A stretch of 64,000 bases of DNA from positions 83,530 to 147,529 of the IMG/VR virus record IMGVR_UViG_3300036832_001373. One strand, given 5' to 3'. The stretch's first letter is position 1, and every line of letters starts with the position of its first letter. The stretch comes from a virus. The translations under genes and the position numbers were made by a program. Of the stretch, positions 51,770-60,000 are shown in pieces. Under the pieces are notes generated by a model. That model was not told where the DNA came from. It saw only the letters and a program-made list of their open reading frames with translations, and made no database searches.

Positions 51770-52132
51770 TTATTCCTTCTTGACGCAAGCTTCATCCTTT
51801 GGATATCGACCACAGAATGAAGCAGCTTGATCTTTGATCCACTCGCGCGCATCATCTTGATTCATACTACGCCAGGTGGCAGCCGGATGAGTAGTAGTAG
51901 TTGGACGAGTTACAGTAACTACACGGACACGAGGAACTGGCTTAGGGTCAGAATGATGAACTACAGGTTTTTCAGTATGTCGTTTTTCAGTATGTCTAGA
52001 ACGATGACGTGGCTCTGGAGTTGGTCGCTGTTGTTGTTGACAAGACCAGTCAAAGCACCAAGATTGGTACTGAGGGTAGTACTGAGCTTGAGCAGGAGTA
52101 GTTAGAAGAGCTAGGAGTAGAAAGTTTTTCAT
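51770..52132 (-). CDS. Exported protein with signal peptide
   Basis: MKNFLLLALLTTPAQA-Q; located in the lysis cluster. Confidence 0.55.
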   Translation of the reverse strand: MKNFLLLALLTTPAQAQYYPQYQSWCFDWSCQQQQRPTPEPRHRSRHTEKRHTEKPVVHHSDPKPVPRVRVVTVTRPTTTTHPAATWRSMNQDDAREWIKDQAASFCGRYPKDEACVKKE

Positions 52133-52404
52133 TTATCTACTACATCTATGTTGAAGAGTTTTGAGAGGTCTTCACCTGGAGGTAGGTATTTGCTATACGG
52201 ATCTTTGGTTTTTCCTTTGAGATCCACCTTCTGGAGAGCGTATCCTCTTTTACCTTTAACCATCATATGAGGTTCACCATTAATCACAGTTACTTTGTAG
52301 CCTGGATCTTCTTCTTTAGGCTTGGCAATTTTAGACGTAGGAGGAGTCGTCTTTTCAGCCTTTTCTACAAGTTCTCGAATAATAGAAAGAATTCTACTTT
52401 GCAT
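52129..52404 (-). CDS. Putative head internal protein (leader ...ILSIIRELVE)
   Basis: Leader; Lys-rich body. Confidence 0.5.
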   Translation of the reverse strand: MQSRILSIIRELVEKAEKTTPPTSKIAKPKEEDPGYKVTVINGEPHMMVKGKRGYALQKVDLKGKTKDPYSKYLPPGEDLSKLFNIDVVDK

Positions 52405-52579
52405 AAAGATCGTCCTTCTTTTTTACTGGAATATACGTATCTCCGTCATATTTACGTCGTTTATTATAGAAAGTTGTTCTACAGTTGGAAGAACAAAACT
52501 TAGTTCTATCTGAGCGAGTTCTTAGAACTGCTTTACACTGGGGGCAGACTTTAGAGATCTTAGTCATGGTTTTCCTCAC
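52394..52579 (-). CDS. Small Zn-finger protein
   Basis: CPQC...KFCSSNC. Confidence 0.55.
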   Translation of the reverse strand: MRKTMTKISKVCPQCKAVLRTRSDRTKFCSSNCRTTFYNKRRKYDGDTYIPVKKKDDLYAK

Positions 52580-52654
52580 ATTGTTGTTTTCTACGGTATC
52601 TTACATAGATACCTACAGCTATTCCTAGGGGTATCTGAAGCAGCAGCCAGAGTA

Positions 52655-53014
52655 CTATGAAGCTGATCCAGAATTGCAAGAAGAAGAAGAGTTCCCTCTA
52701 GAAGAGACAACTTTAACTTCACCACTGTCTACGAAGAAGTTTGTCTTACAGACTTCACAAGAAATAGGACCTGAGAATGTAAGATCATGTAGAAATTTAC
52801 CGGAGAATTCCCAACGACCACGATTAGGAGAAAGTTGTGGGGATACGTCTGGTCTCCAACAAATAATGTAGTGAGGAGTTTCAAATTGAGTGCAGGATGG
52901 ACAACGGAAACGTATCCCAGATACTCTGGAGGAGAGAATTGTATCTGAGATAGCCATCCAGGCGTCTTTAGATACAAGGCGAAGAAATTCTGGTTCCAAT
53001 TCTTCCAATTTCAT
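52655..53014 (-). CDS. DUF6527-like Cys-rich protein
   Basis: F-x-CP-x-C...W...LTF-x-x-PI-x-C...FF..G.V pattern, recalled and not searched. Confidence 0.4.
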   Translation of the reverse strand: MKLEELEPEFLRLVSKDAWMAISDTILSSRVSGIRFRCPSCTQFETPHYIICWRPDVSPQLSPNRGRWEFSGKFLHDLTFSGPISCEVCKTNFFVDSGEVKVVSSRGNSSSSCNSGSAS

Positions 53015-53325
53015 AGAAAAGATTTAGCTCGCTTTAGAGCTGCTCCACAAGTCCAACGATTTGATATACGAGAGAAGAGGCTACCTTCGGCTACAGTGTT
53101 AAAGTGTGGAGGAAGAGGAACTGGAGTGGAGCCTGAGCGCTCATGCCAGTATTCTTTATTTATTACAGGGTTAGAGATACCTTTACTTTTCAGAAACTGA
53201 CAGAGGAGACAATTTTGAGAGTCGAAGTACGTATACTCTTGATTAGCTGGCTGAGTTTCTAGCCAAGATATCAGATCTTGGAGAGAAGATTGTAGAGGGT
53301 TATCCCAGGAAGGATTATACAACAT
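53011..53325 (-). CDS. Hypothetical protein
   Basis: Operonic ORF (LISWLETQP...CLLCQF). Confidence 0.55.
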   Translation of the reverse strand: MLYNPSWDNPLQSSLQDLISWLETQPANQEYTYFDSQNCLLCQFLKSKGISNPVINKEYWHERSGSTPVPLPPHFNTVAEGSLFSRISNRWTCGAALKRAKSFL

Positions 53326-53331
53326 TGAGTA

Positions 53332-53610
53332 TTACTCCGATTTTTCTAGCTCTCTTTCTAGAGAGACTTGGAGAATTTCTTCTAAATCGCCATGAAAGCG
53401 AGTTAGAATACCTGAGGAGTCTGTAGACCAGGGAGAGGTAGAGGCGTACTCTAGATGTTGATTTGAGGCAACTTTAGACCGAGATTTATTACAAGAAGTA
53501 CAGAACCGAGTCGACACATCAGAACGAGGACCTGAACAAATTTCACAGACAAAGTTAAACCTAAACGTACCAGCAGAACTAGATCTCATTTCAGAGAACT
53601 TCGTAGACAC
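53332..53610 (-). CDS. Small Zn-finger protein
   Basis: CEIC...CTSC. Confidence 0.45.
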   Translation of the reverse strand: MSTKFSEMRSSSAGTFRFNFVCEICSGPRSDVSTRFCTSCNKSRSKVASNQHLEYASTSPWSTDSSGILTRFHGDLEEILQVSLERELEKSE

Positions 53611-54184
53611 CAGAGGCTGTAATCGTTATAGTTCTAGCAGCGTTAGCGTAAGAGTTAATCCCATAGGCAGCAGGTACACTACTAGTTTGGTCTGCTATCC
53701 CTTGAGGAGATAGAATTACAGAAGTAGCAGAAGCTGCACCATAACCTGTAAGAGATACCGAGAAAGGAGTAGACGAAATAAAAGAAGTCCCCATAAAAGA
53801 CCCATTCACCGTAAATGAAGAGACTGGAGGAAGAGAAGGTATTCCAACTTGAAGAAGTGCTTGTCCACTACCAGTAGAGAAAACAATGTCACCTCTAATC
53901 TCAAAGAGAACGAATTCTGAAGAGAGACGACGATAACGTCCAGTGACAGTATTAGAAGCTATTGCTAGACCGGTACCATAACCGTTTAATAAGACTAGAG
54001 CCAAGGATGGAGTATAGGGGATCCAAGATTTAGTTTGGTAAAGGAGTTTACCACCAACGTCAAGATCAGATGAAGTAGTAATAGTACCAGTAGCGACAGA
54101 GTCAACTACAATGTTACCAGAAGGTTTATCAGTGAATGAGTCACCTGGTGTACACCAGTAATTGGACCAAAGAAAAACACCCAT
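53591..54184 (-). CDS. Beta-rich fibre-tip-like structural protein
   Basis: W-x-x-YTP...GRY...SGVYE pattern. Confidence 0.5.
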   Translation of the reverse strand: MGVFLWSNYWCTPGDSFTDKPSGNIVVDSVATGTITTSSDLDVGGKLLYQTKSWIPYTPSLALVLLNGYGTGLAIASNTVTGRYRRLSSEFVLFEIRGDIVFSTGSGQALLQVGIPSLPPVSSFTVNGSFMGTSFISSTPFSVSLTGYGAASATSVILSPQGIADQTSSVPAAYGINSYANAARTITITASGVYEVL

Positions 54185-54187
54185 GAG

Positions 54188-54622
54188 TTAAAAATCAGCT
54201 CCAGTTACTGTTACTAGGATAGAATTGGAGCCTGAGACTGCTGCTATAGCCATTTTGCCCTGAAGTACGTCGGTTGGATTAAGGAATATGTACGGCTGAG
54301 ACGAGTTGTCTTGAGCCAGATGAGTAAGTTTCTGAAGTAGATTTATACCCATAGCTCCAGATGTGAGTCCAGAGTTTGGAGGTATCGATACAGTTCCAAT
54401 AGGAATAAATCCTAGGGTAGGATCAGTTATTCCAATTTGGAAATCATGAGCGGCGGTATCTGAGGAAGACACATAAATAGCAAAAACTTTAGAAGGAGTC
54501 TGCTGTTGAGTGTAGAATCCACCTAGAGCTAGAGTTTTAAGGTTGAGGCCATCTGCGAGGACAAACTTTTGTTTTTGATTCCATGGAAGTTGGAGTGCAG
54601 TCGGGACTGGAGAGGTAGCCAA
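54188..54622 (-). CDS. Beta-sandwich virion-type protein
   Basis: G/S/T-rich; ends in GADF. Confidence 0.45.
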   Translation of the reverse strand: MATSPVPTALQLPWNQKQKFVLADGLNLKTLALGGFYTQQQTPSKVFAIYVSSSDTAAHDFQIGITDPTLGFIPIGTVSIPPNSGLTSGAMGINLLQKLTHLAQDNSSQPYIFLNPTDVLQGKMAIAAVSGSNSILVTVTGADF

Positions 54623-54627
54623 GGTAG

Positions 54628-54891
54628 TTACCTTCGTTTGTGACGGATTAAGTTCATAGCTGAGTGGATCTTAGCTTTATGGGATGGCGACATATTCTTT
54701 CCAGAACGATTTATGACAAACTGGAGGTAGCGAAGTATAGACCCAGTGGATTTATGCTTATTGTGAGAGAGAATAGCTCGAGCCATGGCTTTAGGAGATT
54801 TATCGTGACCGAGGGTTCCTGAGGGACCTTCGTTAACAGAGGAAGAAGTAACTCCTTGAATCCATCCTTCAACTTGGAGAACATGACTCAA
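54628..54891 (-). CDS. DUF3175-like protein with leader MSHVLQVE
   Basis: S...YLQFVINRSGKNMS resembles the DUF3175 ML-x-FYINRAG-x-NL core, recalled. Confidence 0.45.
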   Translation of the reverse strand: MSHVLQVEGWIQGVTSSSVNEGPSGTLGHDKSPKAMARAILSHNKHKSTGSILRYLQFVINRSGKNMSPSHKAKIHSAMNLIRHKRR

Positions 54892-55085
54892 AGGGATTTT
54901 TTCACCTCAGGATTTTTCACTGAGATTAGAGTTCTCATCTCTTCTTCAGAAACTGGATAATGTTTTATCTGTTTTTCGGATTCAGTCATAGTGATGAATA
55001 GAGGGTCTCGAAGGATGGATGAACATTCTAGAACGAGCCACCCTCTAGGCCATTTATCGAGAGGAGTATCTAGGGGATGAGCCAT
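54888..55085 (-). CDS. Hypothetical protein
   Basis: Operonic small ORF. Confidence 0.45.
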   Translation of the reverse strand: MAHPLDTPLDKWPRGWLVLECSSILRDPLFITMTESEKQIKHYPVSEEEMRTLISVKNPEVKKSL

Positions 55086-55089
55086 AATT

Positions 55090-55362
55090 TTAACTTTCTA
55101 CGGGCTTTATAGCACAAACTTGGAAACTCGGTAGCTCTTTTACTTTAGTGTACATTTGATAGAACTCACCAGCAATCTGGTATAGTTCGATGGCTGTCAT
55201 TGTAGGTGGATGTTCTATAAGAAGATCAAGTCCACAACAAGGGAGTCCTAGTGTTAATTGAGTTGTGATTTCACCATCCTTACCGACTTCCCAACCACGT
55301 AGGCGAGGATAGTGGTGTTGTTTGTAGGTATGCATAGGCAGGTTAGTCTTTATTGGTTCCAT
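55090..55362 (-). CDS. Hypothetical protein
   Basis: Operonic small ORF. Confidence 0.45.
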   Translation of the reverse strand: MEPIKTNLPMHTYKQHHYPRLRGWEVGKDGEITTQLTLGLPCCGLDLLIEHPPTMTAIELYQIAGEFYQMYTKVKELPSFQVCAIKPVES

Positions 55363-55637
55363 TAGGAGACATCTACATAGTTATTGCCAATAGGCTGTGT
55401 GAGATCTGCTGGAGTTAGAGCTGAGGTGAGTAGTACTTTACATCGACCAGGCTCAGCAGCCATGAGATCTTGAGAAGCAGTTGTTGGAACTGGATAGATG
55501 GAAGGGCTGAGGAGACGTGGTTGGTCAGGGAGCCGACCTAAAACCTGTTTAGTTACATCAGTTCCAAGAACATATCCTGGATCAGTTACCTGAGCATCAC
55601 GCATAACAATGTAGCCTTTACCTTGAGTGTAGTGCAT
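55362..55637 (-). CDS. Hypothetical protein, tandem paralog of ORF 55654
   Basis: Shared RDAQ..DP..V.G.D.T.QVL...PRL...PGRC...PAD.TQP...YVD.S. Confidence 0.65.
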   Translation of the reverse strand: MHYTQGKGYIVMRDAQVTDPGYVLGTDVTKQVLGRLPDQPRLLSPSIYPVPTTASQDLMAAEPGRCKVLLTSALTPADLTQPIGNNYVDVS

Positions 55638-55653
55638 GTCGGTACTCCTAGAG

Positions 55654-55920
55654 TTAGGAATTGTCTACATAATCTGGAGGCAGTGGCTGAGTTATATCAG
55701 CAGGAAGTAGGTCTGCTGTGGGTACCACAAAGCATCTACCTGGTGTAGGAGGGACAATGCCTTGAGGAGGGATAGGAAGGACGAAGGAGTTAACTAGACG
55801 TGGATCGTGTGGATCCTGAACTAGTACTTGTATAGTGATATCTGAGCCAGGTACTACGTCTGGATCATCTTCTTGAGCATCTCGGAGAACAGTAACTCCA
55901 AGTCCATTATAGGTATGCAT
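55654..55920 (-). CDS. Hypothetical protein, tandem paralog of ORF 55362
   Basis: Same shared pattern as ORF 55362; RBS GAGGG. Confidence 0.65.
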   Translation of the reverse strand: MHTYNGLGVTVLRDAQEDDPDVVPGSDITIQVLVQDPHDPRLVNSFVLPIPPQGIVPPTPGRCFVVPTADLLPADITQPLPPDYVDNS

Positions 55921-55935
55921 CTTAGATTCCCTCGT

Positions 55936-56094
55936 TTAGTGGAAGACTCGTCCTAGGCCACCTACGAGCTCAGCTGCTATCCAGCACGCTATGGAGGCTG
56001 CTAGAAAGTTCCAAGGAGGAAGAGACCACCAGCGGATGGCTATAACTGCAAAGACGAAGGCGAAAACTAGGAGAATGAGACCTACGTTTTGCAT
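55936..56094 (-). CDS. 52-aa two-helix membrane protein
   Basis: Hand translation MQNVGLILLVFAFVFAVIAIRWWSLPPWNFLAASIACWIAAELVGGLGRVFH; RBS AGGAG. Confidence 0.65.
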   Translation of the reverse strand: MQNVGLILLVFAFVFAVIAIRWWSLPPWNFLAASIACWIAAELVGGLGRVFH

Positions 56095-56112
56095 TGGAGA
56101 ACTCCTAGCGTG

Positions 56113-56310
56113 TTAGGGGTTGTCGTTTTTAGTGAACGGCTGGATTCCCGGTGAGCCAGTTTGACGTTTTTTAAGACGACGCCTGAAACGTTGATTATAA
56201 ACTTTAGTAGGATCTAGAGGGTCTCGACCGTAGTTATCACGACCTCCGTAGGCTAGAATTTCTTGAACTTTTAGTTCAACAAGTTGACGAACTATTTGTT
56301 TAGCAGACAT
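56113..56310 (-). CDS. Putative head internal protein (leader MSAKQIVRQLVE)
   Basis: Leader shared with ORF 58709; Arg/Lys-rich body. Confidence 0.55.
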   Translation of the reverse strand: MSAKQIVRQLVELKVQEILAYGGRDNYGRDPLDPTKVYNQRFRRRLKKRQTGSPGIQPFTKNDNP

Positions 56311-56314
56311 AGTG

Positions 56315-56878
56315 CTAACGTCCTAGGTTTGTCAGATGGTCGTGTAGATCTTTGACGGTATTTCCGAACTTTTTGTTGGGACCATCTTCGTGTCTCCATG
56401 TAAATATAAACTTTTCAGGAGGAGTCTGTGCCATCTTGCCTCCGTAACTAACTACCCTTGATCGTGTCTTTGAATGGTTTAGCGTTACTGAGTCGCCTTC
56501 TTTATGACGAAAAATAGAAAAGTCTCCAGTGGAGTGATATGTAGGAATATAGCCCTTAGAGGTGAGTAGATCTTTGTATAATCCTAAGCTACCTTTACCT
56601 GGAGCGGAGGCTTCAGGACCTGTCGTGAAGCTAGCTGAAGGAGGTCTTGGAGGAGGTCCTTTTGCAGGTTCCGGAGCTCCTTTTGGTGGTGCTTTTGGAG
56701 GAGATTCTGGATCATAGCCCATACGTCTTAGAGCATGGGCCGCAGCTTGTTTTTCACCAGGAGTACCTGCACGTTGGTATAGGTCAAAAAGTTTTTCGTG
56801 TGTTTTTCTGGTATCAATTTCAGTTAAAAGGAGAGCTTCCACTAGAGAACGAACCGCCTGTAAGGCTGCAGTGGGCAT
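56315..56878 (-). CDS. Putative head internal protein: DUF2786-like module plus YxxLLTxxGY domain
   Basis: Leader ...AVRSLVE; LYQRAGTPGEKQAA shared with ORF 56883. Confidence 0.55.
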   Translation of the reverse strand: MPTAALQAVRSLVEALLLTEIDTRKTHEKLFDLYQRAGTPGEKQAAAHALRRMGYDPESPPKAPPKGAPEPAKGPPPRPPSASFTTGPEASAPGKGSLGLYKDLLTSKGYIPTYHSTGDFSIFRHKEGDSVTLNHSKTRSRVVSYGGKMAQTPPEKFIFTWRHEDGPNKKFGNTVKDLHDHLTNLGR

Positions 56879-56882
56879 TTTA

Positions 56883-57230
56883 CTAAATCCTAGTTGTAGT
56901 ATGACGTCTGAATTCTGGAGCTCGACCTCCTACAGTCATTCTCCAAGTATCTTTAGCATGCTCGCGGGCTTTATGCTCAGCGTCTATTTCATCTGCAGCT
57001 GTGGTCTCATGGGGACCTATATGAAGTTCTTTATTGTTGAAAGTATATTTTAACATAACGCTATATTTCTTAGGTCCTAAAGTTGGTTTTCTTTGTTGAT
57101 CTGGATGTAGGCCTAGGCGTCTGAGAGCCACACCTGCTGCTTCTTTTTCTCCAGGAGTTCCCGGTCTATCGTATAGTGCACGTATCTTGGAAGGATCTAT
57201 TTCATTGAGTAAATTTAGAACTGTGGACAT
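56883..57230 (-). CDS. Putative head internal protein with DUF2786-like module
   Basis: Leader MSTVLNLLNE; LYDRPGTPGEKEAA. Confidence 0.55.
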   Translation of the reverse strand: MSTVLNLLNEIDPSKIRALYDRPGTPGEKEAAGVALRRLGLHPDQQRKPTLGPKKYSVMLKYTFNNKELHIGPHETTAADEIDAEHKAREHAKDTWRMTVGGRAPEFRRHTTTRI

Positions 57231-57237
57231 AGGATTT

Positions 57238-57393
57238 TTAAACTCTTCCTAGTAGGATGAGTACGATTAGGACTATTAGCACTACTCCTAGTACTCCTCC
57301 TGGACCATAGCCCCACGAGGCTGAGTACGGCCAGTGTGGTAACGCTCCCACTAGCATAAGTATGAGTATGACTACTAAGATTGTTGTCAGCAT
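57238..57393 (-). CDS. DUF3309-family small membrane protein (51 aa)
   Basis: Hand translation MLTTILVVILILMLVGALPHWPYSASWGYGPGGVLGVVLIVLIVLILLGRV; GALP-x-W-x-x-S-x-x-WGYGP is the family signature. Confidence 0.8.
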   Translation of the reverse strand: MLTTILVVILILMLVGALPHWPYSASWGYGPGGVLGVVLIVLIVLILLGRV

Positions 57394-57401
57394 TGGAGTT
57401 A

Positions 57402-57767
57402 CTAGTCCTTATGTATTTTTGATAGATAACTGTGGAAGTAGGAGGCTGATCTACCTACGTTTCCACCTCCTGTAGAAGCAGTGTGTTCCCAGCTACCCAC
57501 TAGTTTAGAATTATTTGGATGCTGCAGGACAACTACATGGAATTCCTCGCTACCAGCTTTTCTGGGATGAACATTAGTTCTAAAAAAGACAGAGTGATCA
57601 GGATCGCCACGATCTTTTTCGTAACCGTGAGATGTGAGGATCTGATGGTACACTCCTCTATGGGATGGACCTTTATCTGGATCGTAAGGTTCTGGAGGAT
57701 CCCGACTTAACGCAAACTCAACTAGTTCACTGACTATCTTTCTAGTTCTCGGATTAACTGAGTTCAT
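57402..57767 (-). CDS. Putative head internal protein with YxxLLTxxGY domain
   Basis: Leader ...RKIVSELVE; YHQILTSHGY. Confidence 0.55.
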   Translation of the reverse strand: MNSVNPRTRKIVSELVEFALSRDPPEPYDPDKGPSHRGVYHQILTSHGYEKDRGDPDHSVFFRTNVHPRKAGSEEFHVVVLQHPNNSKLVGSWEHTASTGGGNVGRSASYFHSYLSKIHKD

Positions 57768-57768
57768 C

Positions 57769-57789
57769 AGATTGAATCCTTCACAAAGT
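57769..57789 (+). repeat. 21-bp direct repeat, copy 1 (AGATTGAATCCTTCACAAAGT)
   Basis: Exact match to 58264-58284. Confidence 0.85.
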
Positions 57790-57797
57790 TTGGTATT

Positions 57798-58262
57798 TTA
57801 CTCATATGAAATCTTCTCACGATTTCTATGATCTTCAACTTCTTGTTTTATATTATCAATTTTCTTAAGGTGATCTCCAGGAGGAATATATTTATTAGCT
57901 AACATGCTACCTCGTACATTCCAAGGAAAATACTTAAACGCATGTCCTTTAGCCATGTTAGGATGATGTAAATCTAACCTATAGACATGACCATAACTCG
58001 CAGCTTCTTGAGGCTCTGAAGTAAACCAACTTCTAGAGTAGTTCAGGCCTACTTCTGGAGCAAAAGGGTGAGTCTCTATTCCTCGTCTATGGAGATCAGG
58101 TGATTTAGAACCGTGATAGAGATAACGAGTAGTCGTATCTTTAGTCTTTATTCTTTTACGATCATTAGCATCCGGTGGATTAATTTTAGGATCGTCTATA
58201 TAATCTGAACTAAAGATCCTTGCATCTACCAGTGATCTTATAATCTGTCTGGCGTGGGACAC
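57798..58262 (-). CDS. ADP-ribosyltransferase-like protein with leader
   Basis: YLYHGS...WFTS...AASYG...VYRL, the H-G-S/T plus aromatic strand pattern of the ART superfamily. Confidence 0.55.
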   Translation of the reverse strand: MSHARQIIRSLVDARIFSSDYIDDPKINPPDANDRKRIKTKDTTTRYLYHGSKSPDLHRRGIETHPFAPEVGLNYSRSWFTSEPQEAASYGHVYRLDLHHPNMAKGHAFKYFPWNVRGSMLANKYIPPGDHLKKIDNIKQEVEDHRNREKISYE

Positions 58263-58519
58263 TAGATTGAATCCTTCACAAAGTGGAAGATTTTATCATC
58301 GAAGTAGAGCGTTCCACCAGAATCTGTGATGTCTGCTCCGTATGTATGTCCGTTTATCAGTTGACGCTGTCCATGGCTATCTGGAAAAAAGAGGAACGGA
58401 TCACATACATGCTCGTTAGTGATATTTCCAATGAATATGAGTGTATGACCATCTGGAGTGTTTGGAGGCTGGAATAGGTAGGCACACATTCCAAATGCTA
58501 TTGTTGTGAATATAGGCAA
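58262..58519 (-). CDS. Hypothetical protein
   Basis: Operonic ORF, RBS GGAGGG. Confidence 0.5.
   Translation of the reverse strand: MPIFTTIAFGMCAYLFQPPNTPDGHTLIFIGNITNEHVCDPFLFFPDSHGQRQLINGHTYGADITDSGGTLYFDDKIFHFVKDSI
58264..58284 (+). repeat. 21-bp direct repeat, copy 2
   Basis: Exact match to 57769-57789; forms the 3' end of ORF 58262-58519. Confidence 0.85.
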
Positions 58520-58523
58520 TTTT

Positions 58524-58709
58524 TTATCCCTCCAAAGATGGAGGTCGGATGCTACGCATCCTCCCTCTCTTTTCTAGGCCTAGTTTAAAGTGGGTTTGAC
58601 GCATTTGTTCACGTGTAGCCTTTGTATGTTTAAATCCATAAAATCCGTTAGTAGTATCTTTAGGTTTTACTACTTTAGTGTGTTTTCTAGGATAAATTCC
58701 CTTTGGCAT
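58524..58709 (-). CDS. Stand-alone NUMOD3-motif protein
   Basis: FYGFKHTKATREQM matches NUMOD3 (G-x-KH-T/S-x-x-T-x-x-KM). Confidence 0.6.
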   Translation of the reverse strand: MPKGIYPRKHTKVVKPKDTTNGFYGFKHTKATREQMRQTHFKLGLEKRGRMRSIRPPSLEG

Positions 58710-59071
58710 TAACTTGTTCCTCCCACTCCCGGTGTATAAAATTTTCCACCTGCCCCTAGAGCTTTATCAATGGCTGATAGCGCTCTGTCTCCATATTTCG
58801 ATATAGGCTCTTCCGTTGTATCGTCTTTTGGTTCTGAACTTTTTATAGTAGATGGTAACATTCCTTTACTAGCTGCAGTTATATGGCTGGTTAGGGAGGT
58901 AGGGCTTAGGTTTCTTAACCCTGTAGTTGCACCTAGTGCTCCTACCATTTGTTTATCTGTAGGAAATGTTTGAATTCTATCGTCTGGATAATTTGTGCCT
59001 GGTATATTTGCCTCCAATATTTTTAGTTCAACTAAAGAGCGTACTATTTGTTTGGACCTAGAGCTACTCAT
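58709..59071 (-). CDS. Putative head internal protein (leader ...KQIVRSLVELKILE)
   Basis: Leader shared with ORF 56113. Confidence 0.55.
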   Translation of the reverse strand: MSSSRSKQIVRSLVELKILEANIPGTNYPDDRIQTFPTDKQMVGALGATTGLRNLSPTSLTSHITAASKGMLPSTIKSSEPKDDTTEEPISKYGDRALSAIDKALGAGGKFYTPGVGGTS

Positions 59072-59271
59072 AGCAAGTTCTCCCATTGTTTAACTAATTC
59101 TTCATAATCATCTGCTACTGCAATTTCTCTCCCTGACTGAGTACGCACTACAGTTTTAGAGTCTGGAGCGTGTCTCACAGGGCTAGTTTCTCTCATCGAC
59201 TCTATAGCCTCTGGATAGATATATTCAGTTCCACCGTTTCCTGGTAGGGTAACCGTTAGTAGTCTGATCAT
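59068..59271 (-). CDS. FlbD/SwrD-like small protein
   Basis: MI-x-L...G...I-x-PEAIE...T-x-V...G....V.....E-x-V pattern. Confidence 0.45.
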   Translation of the reverse strand: MIRLLTVTLPGNGGTEYIYPEAIESMRETSPVRHAPDSKTVVRTQSGREIAVADDYEELVKQWENLL

Positions 59272-60000
59272 CTAAACTTTCTCGTATTCTTCATATTCAT
59301 AGTACCACCTAGAACAGTAAACGACATAAATCATATGTCGTATTTTCCTCGAGTTATTGGATAGCCCTCTATGGAGTACATTTCCATGTAGGATTATAGC
59401 GTCTCCAGCCTTAGCGCCTGAGGTAGTAACAGTTTCTCTACCTTCAGTTTCTCGCTGAGAGCCTATCTTTATCTCTACAGGTCCATTTTCCTTTGTAAGA
59501 TCTACTAAAGGAATGAGAACGGTGATGTAGAATATAGGTAAAGTCCCCTCAAGTTTACTATCATTAAAAAGTGACCATACGTCTCTATGCCAATACCCAT
59601 CTAGAGATCCTGGTTGGGAAGGAACTGATCCTGCATAACTCGTGTAGCCTGTCTTGAATAGCGAGTTCACTATAGTTAAAACTTTTTTATTTTCTAAAAA
59701 TTTTCTTGATTGGAATATTCCATGGTCCAGAGCCAAGTCATACCGTCCACTAGTTAGGAACATGACGGTAGAACCTCGAAACTTAGACCGTCTCCGTATA
59801 CTACCATAGTTTCTCTGGTATAGTTTTGAAGATTTAAACCCCTTCCAATAAGATTCGTTCTTTCTAATTAACTTAGAAAGCAGTTTTCCTGTGAAAACCT
59901 CAGGAAGAACCGTATATCCTTTAGTTTTCAGTTCATAAATAGGATCCACTAGTTTAGGGGAACTACTCGTTGGAACGTTGACTGTGAGAAGTTTAGCCAT
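59272..60000 (-). CDS. 2OG-Fe(II) dioxygenase, phytanoyl-CoA dioxygenase (PhyH) family
   Basis: WHRD (HxD), PLVDLTKENGP, GDAII...LHRGLSN...R. Confidence 0.85.
   Translation of the reverse strand: MAKLLTVNVPTSSSPKLVDPIYELKTKGYTVLPEVFTGKLLSKLIRKNESYWKGFKSSKLYQRNYGSIRRRSKFRGSTVMFLTSGRYDLALDHGIFQSRKFLENKKVLTIVNSLFKTGYTSYAGSVPSQPGSLDGYWHRDVWSLFNDSKLEGTLPIFYITVLIPLVDLTKENGPVEIKIGSQRETEGRETVTTSGAKAGDAIILHGNVLHRGLSNNSRKIRHMIYVVYCSRWYYEYEEYEKV
59955..59982 (+). promoter_or_regulatory. Phage promoter-like motif, copy 5 (orphan, antisense)
   Basis: TAGGGGAACTA-CTCGTTG-GAACGTTGAC; no sizeable plus-strand ORF follows directly. Confidence 0.55.
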
